Source: Deltaproteobacteria bacterium (GTDB lineage: Bacteria > Desulfobacterota > Desulfobacteria > Desulfobacterales > C00003060). From it: a DNA stretch of 38,159 nucleotides. The notes beneath the pieces were generated by a model. It was not told the DNA's origin and ran no database searches. It saw only the letters and a list, made by a program, of their open reading frames with translations. A program made the translations under genes and the position numbers. The stretch spans positions 1-38,159 of the forward strand of contig DAOUZN010000002.1 of assembly GCA_030665585.1 (NCBI GenBank), read 5' to 3'. Within the stretch, counting starts at the first letter, position 1; every line of letters starts with the position of its first letter. Of this stretch, positions 14,861 through 25,016 are shown piece by piece.

Positions 14861-16747
14861 ATGAATGAGACCCATTTTCGTATCCTTTTTGAGGGACTGG
14901 ACCCCCGTGCGCAGCTTCAGAAGCTCGTCATTTTCTTTGAAAAAGAGCTCGGCTTCTCTGAGGATCAAATCCGCAACCTGTTGACAAACCCGCCCCGTGT
15001 ACTCTGGGAGGTGTCCACCCATAACGATGGCAAGCTGATTCAAACCGTCCTGGAAAAGATGGGCTGCCAGACATATCTGGAGGCTGTCACGGGAGATTCT
15101 ACCTACCCCTTTGCCATATCCACAAAGCATCACAAGCTTATCAACCAGGAGTTGAGCAAAATCCTAAGGTGTAGCGCCAATCTGGCCCTGTTTCTGGTGC
15201 ACCTGCAAGGGGCCAAGCATGGCTCCATCCTCCCGTCCATGATGGGGCCTTTTGAAAAAAAACTGGCAGAACATTTTCGCGAAAGTGACACAGTCGTTGG
15301 AATCGACGACGCTCGCATCATCATACTGGGGTTTTCCACGGACAGGCAGGGTGTTGTCCACCTCAAAAACAAAACAGATCGTGTTCTAAAAGAACTCTTA
15401 GGAGAAGAGATTCTCATCAGCATGGGCTATGCACTCTTTCCAGAGGAGGGCCGAAGCCTTTCAGAGCTGATACACCTCGCAGAGGTGAAGCGAATCGAAA
15501 AGGGTCATGATGGCTTATCAGATACTAGGATAGCGTCCTCCCGGGACGAGCTTGCGCCACATGTTTCAGCAGGCGAGGAAAGCCCCAGCCCCCTCCAGCT
15601 TTGCTTTACCAAGGGACGTGGAAAGATTTTCAAAAGACTGCTTGATATGGACCCTGAAATTCTGTGGATTGGGCTCAGTCAGCTTCCCCAAGCCAAACAA
15701 AAGGAATTTCTGGCCAGGTTGCCCTTCGACTCTCCCGTTGCACCGGTCCTGGAGGAAAGGATCAATGCTCAGCCTCGACCCATTTCTGACAGGGCCGCAG
15801 AGCAACACTTTGAGGCCATTATTCATCAGATGGAGCTGGAGGAGAGCCTCGAGGAACGGAGGAAAACCCAACAGGAAGTCATCTCAAAACTCAATCGGGT
15901 GGAGGCCTTGCCGACCCTGCCGTCCGTTGCGGCTCACGTGTTCAAGATCGCATCAAATGCCAATTCATCGGCCGCGGATCTGACTGAAGTCATCGTAAAC
16001 GACCCTTCTTTGACGTCGAAACTGCTCAAGATGGTCAATTCCGCCTTCTACGGATTTCCACAGAAGATCGGGACGGTGAGGCAGGCGGTGGTGATTCTCG
16101 GCACGGAGGAAATCATGGACCTAGCCTTCGGCCTGGCAGCTGCAAAGGTCTTTGAGGTCAAGCCTCTTGAAGGGTTGTACGATCCGAAGGCCCTGTGGCA
16201 CCACTCCATGTGCACCGCCCTCATTGCCCAAAATTTATGCCAAAAATTTCCGGAATATCAAAGGCTTGGAGCTTTCACTGCAGGCCTGCTCCACGATTTC
16301 GGAAAGATCTTTCTTATAGAGCACTTTCCCGAACTCTACGGACAAATCCATGTTGATGTAACGAAACTCGGCCTCCCCCTCTTCGAGCTGGAAGAAGAGA
16401 GGTTTGGTCTAAACCATGCGGCCATTGGAGAATTCCTGGCCTCAAACTGGAATCTGCCAGAGGCCCTTGTGGAAGCCATTGCCTTTCACCATCAGCCTTT
16501 TTCAGCGCCCGGTCATCCCGAGCTAGCGGCTATGATCGGATTGGCGGACTACCTGCACTACGGAACCAGTAGGTTGGGAGAGCTGCCGGGGGGAGTCCCT
16601 GTTTTTTCGCCCCAGTTGACTTTCGGCCATTGGAGTTTCTTGGCGCCACTCTTCAAAGGCCTGGATACTGAACAGCTAGAGAAAATGCAGGAAGACGCCC
16701 TGGCCATTATTAGAGACAGCCAAGATCTGTTTTCAATCTTAGATTAA
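14861..16747 (+). CDS. HDOD-domain signalling protein with an N-terminal region resembling a degenerate GGDEF domain
   Basis: C-terminal HDOD is LPTLPSVAAHVFKIASN...DLTEVIVNDPSLTSKLLKMVNSAFYGFPQKIGTVRQAVVILG...GLLHDFGK. The middle region (LALFLVHLQG...DTVVGIDDARIIILGF...ISMGYALFPEEG) has GGDEF-like spacing but no GGDEF motif. Start is set at ATG 14861. Confidence 0.7.
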   Translation: MNETHFRILFEGLDPRAQLQKLVIFFEKELGFSEDQIRNLLTNPPRVLWEVSTHNDGKLIQTVLEKMGCQTYLEAVTGDSTYPFAISTKHHKLINQELSKILRCSANLALFLVHLQGAKHGSILPSMMGPFEKKLAEHFRESDTVVGIDDARIIILGFSTDRQGVVHLKNKTDRVLKELLGEEILISMGYALFPEEGRSLSELIHLAEVKRIEKGHDGLSDTRIASSRDELAPHVSAGEESPSPLQLCFTKGRGKIFKRLLDMDPEILWIGLSQLPQAKQKEFLARLPFDSPVAPVLEERINAQPRPISDRAAEQHFEAIIHQMELEESLEERRKTQQEVISKLNRVEALPTLPSVAAHVFKIASNANSSAADLTEVIVNDPSLTSKLLKMVNSAFYGFPQKIGTVRQAVVILGTEEIMDLAFGLAAAKVFEVKPLEGLYDPKALWHHSMCTALIAQNLCQKFPEYQRLGAFTAGLLHDFGKIFLIEHFPELYGQIHVDVTKLGLPLFELEEERFGLNHAAIGEFLASNWNLPEALVEAIAFHHQPFSAPGHPELAAMIGLADYLHYGTSRLGELPGGVPVFSPQLTFGHWSFLAPLFKGLDTEQLEKMQEDALAIIRDSQDLFSILD

Positions 16748-16749
16748 GC

Positions 16750-18033
16750 GTGTGCCCCATGGTGTCCGACAGACAAGAGATGTCAGGTGAGCTTTCCTTG
16801 CTGGTGCAAGAAAGGGACGTGTTCAAGAAGCAGTTTCTTAAGGTACAAGAAAATTATGAGAACAAGATAAAGGAACTTTCCATCCTCAAAGAACTGGGCA
16901 ATACGCTCCGGGCTACCGATTTTAATGATAAGAAAACGTTTTTTCGGAATCAACTCAAGATTATTCAGAGATACATAACCCTGGAAAACATTTCCCTTGC
17001 ACTTCTGAACGAAGAACTCCAACTTCTTGAGATTGTAGCTAAAAGCGGTTCTGATGGGCCTATTAGCCACCCCACATTTTTGCCGATTGAAGAGGGGGCG
17101 CCCGGCCAAGCTATGGTTCAAAGGAGCCTCGTCATCATTGACGACATTCAGGTCGATCCTTCCGATGGAAAACAAGGGGGCCATGGTGGCGGCTCGTTAC
17201 TCTGTGTTCCCGTGATGCACAACAAGAAAGCGATCGGCGTTCTTAGTCTGCAGCACAGGAAGATAAGGGGTTTTAAGCAAAACCAGGTGCGCTTCTTCGG
17301 CCTTGTTGCAGATCAGATTGCCACCGAAGTGATCCTTTTCCGTTTGTATCGTCAAATGCTTAAGGAGGAAAAGCAACGCTTTCTATTGAGTCGGTTTTTC
17401 TCAAAAGCGGTGACAGAAAAGATCTTTGCCAGCGGAGATAACCTCAGACTGGGAGGAGAGCGCAAGAAGGTGACCATCCTGTTTGCAGACCTGTGCGGCT
17501 TCACTTCGATGTCTGAAGGACTCGATCAGGAAAAGGTGGTTGACATATTGAACGCCTATTTTTCACGGATGACGCCGATCATATTCAAGCACCACGGGAC
17601 CCTGGACAAACTCATGGGCGATGGCATCCTGGCCTTCTTTGGGGCTCCTCTTTCCCATGGGGATGATTCCCTGCGAGCCGTGCAAACAGCCATTGAGATG
17701 CTCACTGCCCTGAAGGCGTTGAATCTTGAGAAGCATCAGGACCATTGGCCTCCTTTAAGAATCTCCATAGGAATCAACTCAGGAGAAGTGGTCGCGGGCT
17801 ATATTGGCTCAGAGGAGCATCTAAACTATACGGTGATTGGCGACGCTGTCAACGTGGCACAACGTCTGGAATCTATTGCTGCACCCAATGAAATTCTCAT
17901 TAGCAAGACCGTCCGGGAAGAGATTAAGCACCGGGTTTCGCAAGGGCGGGGTCTGAAAGCCCTCATTCCCCTTCCAGCCCAAAAGGTGAAGGGTAAGGAG
18001 AAGGCCATCGAGGTTTACAGGGTGGAAGCTTGA
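16750..18033 (+). CDS. GAF domain / class III adenylate-guanylate cyclase
   Basis: Cyclase core is VTILFADLCGFTSMSE...GTLDKLMGDGILAFFGAP...IGINSGEVVAGYIGSEEHLNYTVIGDAVNVAQRLES, with an upstream GAF-like region. Start is GTG 16750 or ATG 16759, 3 nt after the preceding stop. Confidence 0.8.
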   Translation: MCPMVSDRQEMSGELSLLVQERDVFKKQFLKVQENYENKIKELSILKELGNTLRATDFNDKKTFFRNQLKIIQRYITLENISLALLNEELQLLEIVAKSGSDGPISHPTFLPIEEGAPGQAMVQRSLVIIDDIQVDPSDGKQGGHGGGSLLCVPVMHNKKAIGVLSLQHRKIRGFKQNQVRFFGLVADQIATEVILFRLYRQMLKEEKQRFLLSRFFSKAVTEKIFASGDNLRLGGERKKVTILFADLCGFTSMSEGLDQEKVVDILNAYFSRMTPIIFKHHGTLDKLMGDGILAFFGAPLSHGDDSLRAVQTAIEMLTALKALNLEKHQDHWPPLRISIGINSGEVVAGYIGSEEHLNYTVIGDAVNVAQRLESIAAPNEILISKTVREEIKHRVSQGRGLKALIPLPAQKVKGKEKAIEVYRVEA

Positions 18034-18070
18034 AGACTCTGGAAACGTGTTGATCACTTCAGAACACGGT

Positions 18071-19006
18071 TTAGTGGTGGTAACCGGAGGCCCTGGCGGG
18101 GGTTTTGTCCTCTGGCTGCCCACCAAAGATCGAGCTCTCATCAGACAGGAGCTGTTTAACTTCACCCATGGTGCTTCTTATGTCCGTCCAGAACTGTCCC
18201 ACCATGCTGGTGCTAATCCCCAGGACCCCGAAGATTTCATCCTCGTACGCCTCAGCCAGGCCTTCAATCCCGCCGGCCCAGCCCATAGCCGTCGCTGTTC
18301 GGTTGGCCACGTAAACGGCAGCAGCGATGTCCTGGTGAGATGTGGCCTGTTTCGGACGATGGTGGTAGCCGATGCCGGTGACTACTTCTGGAGGAAACCG
18401 CCAGCGGCGAGCGATCATCTCTCCTAATTCTTGGTGGTCCACGCCGAATGTTTCTCGCTCAGCATCCAGGAGCCGCAGGCCTTTTCTACTCATTCGGATC
18501 AAAATGGCGTCCATGTAAGTTTTCACGTAAAAACTCAGCACTGACTTGCCAATATCATGGAGCAGGGCTGCCGTGTATATCGTGAGGACCTTCTTCTTTC
18601 CAAGGCGCCGTGCCACCGTTTCGCCGATGAGAGCCGTGGCCACGGCATGCTGCCACAACTCGCCCTCTTTGAGCTCATATCCGGATATTTCAGACTCAAA
18701 ATAGCGGGCCGCGCAAGCCGTCATGACGACGCGTATCAACTGTTGATCTCCGAGGGCAACTATGGCATCACTCAGAGAACCTATGGCGTACCTGCGAGCA
18801 TAATAGGCCGAACGACTCATGGCCAACACCTTCGCCGCGATGGCCGGATCGTACTTGATCACGGCCTCGACCTCTCTCACAGGGGCCATGCGACGCAGCA
18901 GTGCGGTCACCTTCCAGATCACCGCTGGAAATGGGGGCAGTCTTTCTGCAGCCTTTAAGATCTCCTCTGTGGGAAAGGCGGACACAGCCTCGGGCATCTG
19001 TTGCAT
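18071..19006 (-). CDS. HDOD-domain protein
   Basis: LPPFPAVIWKVTALL...VIKYDPAIAAKVLAMSRSAYY...ALLHDIGK...GVDHQELGEMIARRWRFP fits the HDOD/HD-like pattern. Confidence 0.75.
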   Translation of the reverse strand: MQQMPEAVSAFPTEEILKAAERLPPFPAVIWKVTALLRRMAPVREVEAVIKYDPAIAAKVLAMSRSAYYARRYAIGSLSDAIVALGDQQLIRVVMTACAARYFESEISGYELKEGELWQHAVATALIGETVARRLGKKKVLTIYTAALLHDIGKSVLSFYVKTYMDAILIRMSRKGLRLLDAERETFGVDHQELGEMIARRWRFPPEVVTGIGYHHRPKQATSHQDIAAAVYVANRTATAMGWAGGIEGLAEAYEDEIFGVLGISTSMVGQFWTDIRSTMGEVKQLLSDESSIFGGQPEDKTPARASGYHH

Positions 19007-19197
19007 CCTGCATCTGAATGTTTGTATCTACGACTCCGGGACAAAGGCCCTGGATCTTTCTTGTTATCGGAAGATACCCGGCTTTTCTTTAGGGTCTTGG
19101 ACCGGCCAAGAGATCGTGCTGGCGCGTCTGGCATGGGAGGGCACCGTTTGGCGGGTCGTCTGAACAAGAAGGGTCCTGGGAGGCAAAGCGAACCGCC

Positions 19198-20121
19198 GTG
19201 AATGAAACGTGCCATCATGTAAGGAAAACCGATCCCTCGTCCGACTTCGATGTTTGCGTGGTCGGCCATATTACCAGGGACATCGTGAAGGTTGGCCGGA
19301 CAAGGCGGACAGCCCCCGGGGGCACGGCCTATTACACGGCCATGGCTTTGAAACGACTGGGTCTGAGCGTGGCTGTCGTCACGAAAGGGGCAAAAAACGA
19401 CAGGCAGCGCCTGCTGCGTGAGCTAACCGTCGAAAAAGTCGGCATCTTTTGGAAGGATGGCGAAACCACCCCAACTTTTGAAAACACGTATAGCGGCAGG
19501 GGCCTCGATACCCGGACCCAGGTTCTCAAGGGTACGGGCACCCCTTTCTCAGCCAAAGACCTGGCAGGGATCAGCGCACGGGCATTCCATTTTGGCCCAC
19601 TGGTCAAGGAGGACATCCCCTTACAAGTCTTGAAACAAGCGGCCGGCAAGGCAAAGATCGTCTCATTCGATGTCCAGGGCATGGTGAGACCAGCTCGCCC
19701 TGGGGTGATCACCCAGGAGGATTGGCCAGACAAGAAAAAGGGGCTCGCCTGTGTCCACATACTGAAGGCAGATGAAACCGAGGCGTTCATCCTTTCTGGA
19801 GAAAAGGACATGGGCAGGGCTGCTGCAGTGCTTGCTTCCTTTGGCCCTGCAGAGGTCGTCATCACCTTGGGGCATCGAGGATCCCTTATCTATACGGCAC
19901 AAAGGCTTCATAAGATTCCAAGCTGGACCCCGAGAAGGCTGGTGAATCCGACAGGATGCGGGGACACCTATATGGCGGGGTACCTGTATGAACGTTTGAG
20001 AGGAACGCCACCAGAGACGGCAGCCAGGTTTGCGGCTGTCATGGCCGCTTTGAAATTAGAGAGCCCCGGTCCCTTCACGGGGGGTAAGGCAGATGTTCAT
20101 GCCGTCCTATCGCGCAAATGA
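19198..20121 (+). CDS. PfkB-family carbohydrate/nucleoside kinase
   Basis: N-terminal VVGHITRDIV...GGTAYYTA and C-terminal NPTGCGDTYMAGYL (the PfkB DTxGAGD-type motif). GTG start, so the start is uncertain. Confidence 0.7.
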   Translation: MNETCHHVRKTDPSSDFDVCVVGHITRDIVKVGRTRRTAPGGTAYYTAMALKRLGLSVAVVTKGAKNDRQRLLRELTVEKVGIFWKDGETTPTFENTYSGRGLDTRTQVLKGTGTPFSAKDLAGISARAFHFGPLVKEDIPLQVLKQAAGKAKIVSFDVQGMVRPARPGVITQEDWPDKKKGLACVHILKADETEAFILSGEKDMGRAAAVLASFGPAEVVITLGHRGSLIYTAQRLHKIPSWTPRRLVNPTGCGDTYMAGYLYERLRGTPPETAARFAAVMAALKLESPGPFTGGKADVHAVLSRK

Positions 20122-20715
20122 GAGGACGTCATATTTCTGATTCTGAAGGGCCTTTACAATAGGTTCCATGGGGCACTCTTTGAGGCGGAAATAGTAGGTT
20201 TTGCTGTCGCTTGTGTCTGGGGCAATCCCGACGCTGACAATCTCCCCCCCATGATCGTGGATGATACGGGAGACCTTTTCAAACCCCTGTGGCTCATTGC
20301 CCACGTTCACGTCCAGCCTGGATCCTTCGGTGAGAATCCCCATGATCTTGATAAAAGCGCCCAAGATATCCGTCACGGTGATCACGCCCAGGACCTTATC
20401 ATCGCCATCAACCACAGGCATGCCGCCGATTTTTCTCTGGTAAATAATTTGGGCAGCGGTCTCCATGTCCGCATCCGGGTGTATGGTGATAGGGTTCTTG
20501 ATCATCAGGTCTGCCAGGGACAGGCCCGTGACAACAGCCGGAAGAAGGCCCTGTTTCATGTCCGCCAGGGTGACCCACCCCACGAGTTTTCCTGAAGCGT
20601 TTACAACAGGAAGGTGCCGGATAGAATTCTCCCGCATGAGGTGGATGGCTTCTTGAACAGAGGTGCGGTCTGAAACGGTGATGGGATCCTTGATCATTAA
20701 AGACCGGATGCGCAT
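20107..20715 (-). CDS. CBS-pair domain protein with a C-terminal ACT-like region (AcuB-like)
   Basis: Two CBS repeats (IKDPITVSDRTSVQEAIHLMRENSIRHLPVV ; IKNPITIHPDADMETAAQIIYQRKIGGMPVV). Confidence 0.7.
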   Translation of the reverse strand: MRIRSLMIKDPITVSDRTSVQEAIHLMRENSIRHLPVVNASGKLVGWVTLADMKQGLLPAVVTGLSLADLMIKNPITIHPDADMETAAQIIYQRKIGGMPVVDGDDKVLGVITVTDILGAFIKIMGILTEGSRLDVNVGNEPQGFEKVSRIIHDHGGEIVSVGIAPDTSDSKTYYFRLKECPMEPIVKALQNQKYDVLSFAR

Positions 20716-20802
20716 GGTCTGTCTCCTTTTCTCTGGGCACTAACTTTAAAATACTATAAAGAAAAGGATTCGTCAAGGATCAGGACAGGATCAGAGGCCC
20801 CG

Positions 20803-21903
20803 TCAACGGCCTCCGGGTTGATACAGACAAAGAGGTTCCTCAGCCAGATAGTCGCCTGTGGCCTCATAGGCCCTGGCACGACACCCGCCGCATACTTTCC
20901 GATACTCACACCTGCCGCACTTTCCTTTCAATTGGTTGAAATCCCTCAGTGAGAGGAATATTTCTGATTCATTCCAGATACGAGCAAATGGGGTTTCCTT
21001 CACATTGCCGCAATGGAGATCCAGAAAGCCACAGGGTTGGACATCGCCGGTGTTTGATATGAAGCAAAAGCTGGTACCCCCCAGACAACCCCGTGTTACG
21101 GCATCAAGCCCATGGCTCTTGGACGTAACGCTCTTGCCTTCCTGGCGCGCCCGCTCCCTCAATATCCGATAATAGTGGGGGGCACAGGTGGCCTTTAACT
21201 GAAGGGAAATCTTGTCCCTCTGGTCATAAAACCAGTTCAGGGTTTCTTCGTACTGCTGAGCCGAGATTTCCTGATCCACGATGTATTTTCCTCTGCCCGT
21301 GGGAACAAGCAGAAAGATATGATGGGCCACGGCCCCCAACTCCACAGCCAGTTCTTGAATCCTTGGTAGCTCATCGAGGTTTTGCTGCGTGATGGTCGTA
21401 TTGATCTGGAAGTCAAGGCCGGCCTTTTTGGCCCATTGAATACCCTGCAGGGCCCCCTCAAAGGCCCCTTTCACCTGGCGGAACCGATCGTGGCTTTCCC
21501 TCGTGGCCCCATCCAGGCTAATGCTGATGCGCTGTATGCCGGCCGCTACCATCTCTTTGGCATTCGCCTCCGTGATGAGCGTGCCGTTGGGGGCCATGAC
21601 CATACGAAGGCCTTGGTCTGCCCCGTAGCGCGCGATCTCAAAAATATCCGGCCTGAGGAGGGGCTCCCCTCCTGTCAGGATAATCACAGGTTGCCCGACC
21701 TCTCTGATCTGGTCCAGGAGCTTGAAGCAGGCCTCAGTGTCCAGCTCACCTGAGTGAGGCCCTTGAGTCGCCGCAGCCCGGCAATGGATGCAGTTCAGGT
21801 TGCAGTTTCGAGTCACCTCCCAGGCAACAAGCCGTAGATGAGATACTTCGTTCTTGCCACCCGTATGGGTCGGCTTCGACGTTGGATGTTGATCTGGTTT
21901 CAA
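20803..21903 (-). CDS. Radical SAM/SPASM enzyme of the NirJ/AhbC/AhbD heme-maturation family
   Basis: CxxxCxxC motif (NCNLNCIHC) and a Cys-rich SPASM tail (CGFLDLHCG...GKCGRCEYRKVCGGCRARAY). It is adjacent to hemB. I place the start at TTG 21903, preceded by GGAAAGGGAG just after the hemB stop, rather than at the track TTG at 21960, which overlaps hemB by 38 nt. Confidence 0.65.
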   Translation of the reverse strand: MKPDQHPTSKPTHTGGKNEVSHLRLVAWEVTRNCNLNCIHCRAAATQGPHSGELDTEACFKLLDQIREVGQPVIILTGGEPLLRPDIFEIARYGADQGLRMVMAPNGTLITEANAKEMVAAGIQRISISLDGATRESHDRFRQVKGAFEGALQGIQWAKKAGLDFQINTTITQQNLDELPRIQELAVELGAVAHHIFLLVPTGRGKYIVDQEISAQQYEETLNWFYDQRDKISLQLKATCAPHYYRILRERARQEGKSVTSKSHGLDAVTRGCLGGTSFCFISNTGDVQPCGFLDLHCGNVKETPFARIWNESEIFLSLRDFNQLKGKCGRCEYRKVCGGCRARAYEATGDYLAEEPLCLYQPGGR

Positions 21904-21922
21904 TGCAAGCTCCCTTTCCAGG

Positions 21923-22900
21923 TTAACTGCCGCCCAGCTCCTTGGCGGCTTCTTTTGCAAAATATGTCAAAATCATGTCTGCACCAGCACGTTTAATAGC
22001 CATCAGGCTTTCCATCATGACCTTGTTTCCGTCCAGCCACCCTAGCTTGTCGGCTGCCTTGATCATGGCAAACTCACCGCTCACATTGTAGGCTGCCACG
22101 GGCAGATCGATTTCTTCCCGAACCCTGAAAATAATGTCCAGGTAAGCCATGGCCGGCTTGACCATGATAATATCGGCCGCCTCTTCCACGTCCATACTCA
22201 CCTCACGAATGGCTTCCAGGCTGTTGGCCGGGTCCATCTGATAAGTGCGCCGATCTCCAAATTTCGGGGCCGACTCAGCGGCCTGGCGGAAGGGATAATA
22301 AAAGGCTGAACAGTACTTGGCCGCATAGGACATGATGGGCGTCATTTCAAAACCGTTATCATCCAGGGCCTCGCGTATTTCTGAAACACGACCGTCCATC
22401 ATGTCCGAGGGGGCCACCATATCTGCCCCGGCTCGGGCATGGGAAAGGGCCGTTCGTGCCAACAGTTCCAAGGTCTCATCATTGACGATGGTGCCGTCTT
22501 CCACCATGCCGCAGTGCCCGTGATCCGTATATTCACAAAGGCAGACATCGGTGATCACCACAACATCGGCGACCTTGTCTTTTACGGTCTTTACAGTCTT
22601 CTGGACGATTCCGTCCTCGGCATAGGCACTGGTGGCCAGAGCGTCCTTCTTGTCAGGAATGCCAAAGAGCATCACAGCAGGGATCCCCAGGTCGCGAGCA
22701 ACCTTGACCTCTTTGACAATGTGGTCTGCAGAAAGCTGGTAGTGTCCCGGCATAGACGGTATGGCATCTTTGACGCCTTTGCCTTCCACGGCAAACAGGG
22801 GAAGGATCAGGTCATCAACCGAAAGTCGTGTCTCCCGAATCATCCGTCTGAAATTCTCGTTCTGCCGCAGGCGTCTTGGCCTGTAGTCTGGAAAAAGCAT
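21923..22900 (-). CDS. hemB: Porphobilinogen synthase (delta-aminolevulinate dehydratase)
   Basis: [30 protein letters not shown] and the Zn-site [14 protein letters not shown] are typical of full-length HemB. Confidence 0.9.
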   Translation of the reverse strand: MLFPDYRPRRLRQNENFRRMIRETRLSVDDLILPLFAVEGKGVKDAIPSMPGHYQLSADHIVKEVKVARDLGIPAVMLFGIPDKKDALATSAYAEDGIVQKTVKTVKDKVADVVVITDVCLCEYTDHGHCGMVEDGTIVNDETLELLARTALSHARAGADMVAPSDMMDGRVSEIREALDDNGFEMTPIMSYAAKYCSAFYYPFRQAAESAPKFGDRRTYQMDPANSLEAIREVSMDVEEAADIIMVKPAMAYLDIIFRVREEIDLPVAAYNVSGEFAMIKAADKLGWLDGNKVMMESLMAIKRAGADMILTYFAKEAAKELGGS

Positions 22901-22950
22901 CGCTAACCTCTCCTGACCATCATCAGTCGTTGGTGGTTGTATCGTTGCCG

Positions 22951-24732
22951 CTACGGGTCTTGAGACTCGTCTGCAGGGGCACGATCATTTGTGTACATCT
23001 CCTTTACCAGGTGATTCAAGAATGCTTCAGGATCTTCCAAGGCCTCTTTCGTAACGACAAAGTTGTCCTTACCCATTCTGTCGCGAATCAGTTGAAAACC
23101 GTCCTCAAAGTCCGATGTGAGCTTCTTATAGAAATTTCTCAAGCCTGTCCGAGAAGCGTTCATTTGGCCGATCACCACATCGATGGCATCTTCGGCCAGG
23201 GTCACATTTAGATCATGGGTTTCGGAGAAGTAGTCTTGGATATTTTTTATCTGATCGTAATCGCGACTTATCTTTTCCATAACGGCATTCATGTCGAACG
23301 TGCTCATGGCATAAACGTCTGCGATCAGAGACCTTCGTGATGGGGTCAGCACCATATCGTATCTGTCAGTCAGCACGGCCTGGTAAGCCTGGACATATTT
23401 CTTGATGGAGTCCTTTTCATCCTGGACGATCTTTTCGTAAATCCTTTCCCACTTCGCACTGTTTGCCTTGGACACGATTTCCTGGAGGGCCCCTTCAGGG
23501 TCTTTGACCACTTTTTCTGTCACGGGGAGTTTCTTGATGTCGGTGGAGGGAAGCCTCTTTTCCAGCTTCACCAGGACCTTCTCGATCACGCTGACCAGGG
23601 CGCGCGCGCCGGTTCCTTCCTGGTAGGCAAGCTGGGCCAGGGCTCTCAGGGCTCGATCGTCGAACTTGACGTCGATGCCGTAGGCCTTGAAATCGAGCTT
23701 TTTGCTCAGAATGACAGGATTATTCGGGTTCTTTAAGATGGCAAAAAGGTCATCTTCGCTCAGTTTCTCGAATAGCGAGATAACCGGCAAGCGTCCTATG
23801 AACTCCGTCTCAAAGCCGAACCGAATGAGATCCTCTGGTCGGGTATATTTCAGGTAATCGAGGGATTCTGAGTGGCTCTTGACAGATGCACCAAAACCGA
23901 TACCTTGATCTACGATCCGTTTCTTCGTGATTTCTGCAAGTTCGTCAAAAGCACCGCTCATGATGAACAGGATATTCCTTGTGTTCACTACCCGCTTTCT
24001 TCGTTTGCCGGTCTTGCGATAGCGCTCCACCTCCTCAAGCATGGAGATAGGATCGTGCGCCACCTTTAGGTCCACCTCGGTCTCTTCCATGGGTTTTAGC
24101 AGGGCACGCTGAACACCGGTGCGGGAGACATCCGGCCCGATCAGGTGGTTACTGGAAGCGATCTTGTCAATTTCATCGATGTAAATGATCCCGTACTCCG
24201 CCAATTCGATATCATCATCGGCTTCGCGCACGAGGTCCCGCACCAGATCTTCCACATCCCCTCCAACATAACCCGTTTCACTGAACTTGGTGGCGTCCCC
24301 TTTGACAAAGGGGACCCCTGTCTTCTGGGCGATCAATTTAATCATGTAGGTTTTTCCCACGCCCGTAGGTCCTATCATGAGAATATTGTTCTTGATGTTT
24401 CCTAGGATCGGTTGATTTTCCTCTTCGAATGATTCGGCATATTGGACACGATTAAAATGGGTGCAGATCTTGGTAGCCAGGATCGCCTTGGCCTCGTCCT
24501 GTTTTATGACATACAGGTCAAGGTAGGCTTCAAGTTCCTCCGGTTTTAATGAAAAATTGATCTTTTTTTTCCGGGCAGGCTTTCCTTTGTCGTCAACAGG
24601 GGCCTCCTGGGGGATCACCATCGGAGCGATGAGTTTCACACGGCCACCAAATTTCTCCGACAGGAACTCGCTGATCTCTTTTTCAACCTCTTTGGGGTCT
24701 GGAAGCTTTTCGTCTTTTTCCGTCATACTCAC
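22951..24732 (-). CDS. ClpX-like AAA+ unfoldase paralogue (no zinc-binding N-domain, long C-terminal extension)
   Basis: Walker [13 protein letters not shown], pore loop [10 protein letters not shown], Walker [14 protein letters not shown]-type loop QGIGFGA, and sensor region EFIGRLPV...GTGARAL. There is no Cys4 N-domain. About 170 extra C-terminal residues. Confidence 0.7.
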   Translation of the reverse strand: MSMTEKDEKLPDPKEVEKEISEFLSEKFGGRVKLIAPMVIPQEAPVDDKGKPARKKKINFSLKPEELEAYLDLYVIKQDEAKAILATKICTHFNRVQYAESFEEENQPILGNIKNNILMIGPTGVGKTYMIKLIAQKTGVPFVKGDATKFSETGYVGGDVEDLVRDLVREADDDIELAEYGIIYIDEIDKIASSNHLIGPDVSRTGVQRALLKPMEETEVDLKVAHDPISMLEEVERYRKTGKRRKRVVNTRNILFIMSGAFDELAEITKKRIVDQGIGFGASVKSHSESLDYLKYTRPEDLIRFGFETEFIGRLPVISLFEKLSEDDLFAILKNPNNPVILSKKLDFKAYGIDVKFDDRALRALAQLAYQEGTGARALVSVIEKVLVKLEKRLPSTDIKKLPVTEKVVKDPEGALQEIVSKANSAKWERIYEKIVQDEKDSIKKYVQAYQAVLTDRYDMVLTPSRRSLIADVYAMSTFDMNAVMEKISRDYDQIKNIQDYFSETHDLNVTLAEDAIDVVIGQMNASRTGLRNFYKKLTSDFEDGFQLIRDRMGKDNFVVTKEALEDPEAFLNHLVKEMYTNDRAPADESQDP

Positions 24733-24896
24733 CTACTTGCATCACTTCGTGATGCCCTTTTTGTCGCCGTTCAGAAGAGATAGTGAACCGTCCTATTTTT
24801 TCCTTTGGTGTGCTATCACTATAATCACCCACTGGGAGAATTCAAGAAAAATGCCAATGTCGTTTCGTGAGTTGATTTCTGTGACCTCAAATCCCC

Positions 24897-24924
24897 TTGA
24901 CAACGAGGGGCCCGGTGGTATGGT
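24897..24924 (+). promoter_or_regulatory. Candidate sigma70-type promoter for tRNA-Arg
   Basis: TTGACA (24897-24902), 16-nt spacer, TATGGT (24919-24924), 16 nt upstream of the tRNA 5' end. Confidence 0.35.
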
Positions 24925-24940
24925 TTCAATGCTTCTTTGC

Positions 24941-25016
24941 GGGCGATTAGCTCAGCGGATAGAGCACAAGCCTCCGGAGCTTGGTGTCGCCGGTTCGATT
25001 CCGGCATCGCCCTCCA
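24941..25016 (+). tRNA. tRNA-Arg (anticodon CCG), CCA encoded
   Basis: Manual cloverleaf: acceptor GGGCGAT/ATCGCCC, D stem GCTC/GAGC, anticodon stem CAAGC/GCTTG with loop CTCCGGA, variable GTGTC, T stem GCCGG/CCGGC with loop TTCGATT, discriminator T, CCA. 76 nt. Confidence 0.9.

Noticed and set aside
21904-21960. 38-nt overlap between hemB and the radical SAM gene implied by the track start at 21960
   Set aside because: The track start is a TTG inside hemB. A TTG at 21903, preceded by GGAAAGGGAG just after the hemB stop, is a more credible initiation site, so the overlap is probably an ORF-calling artefact.
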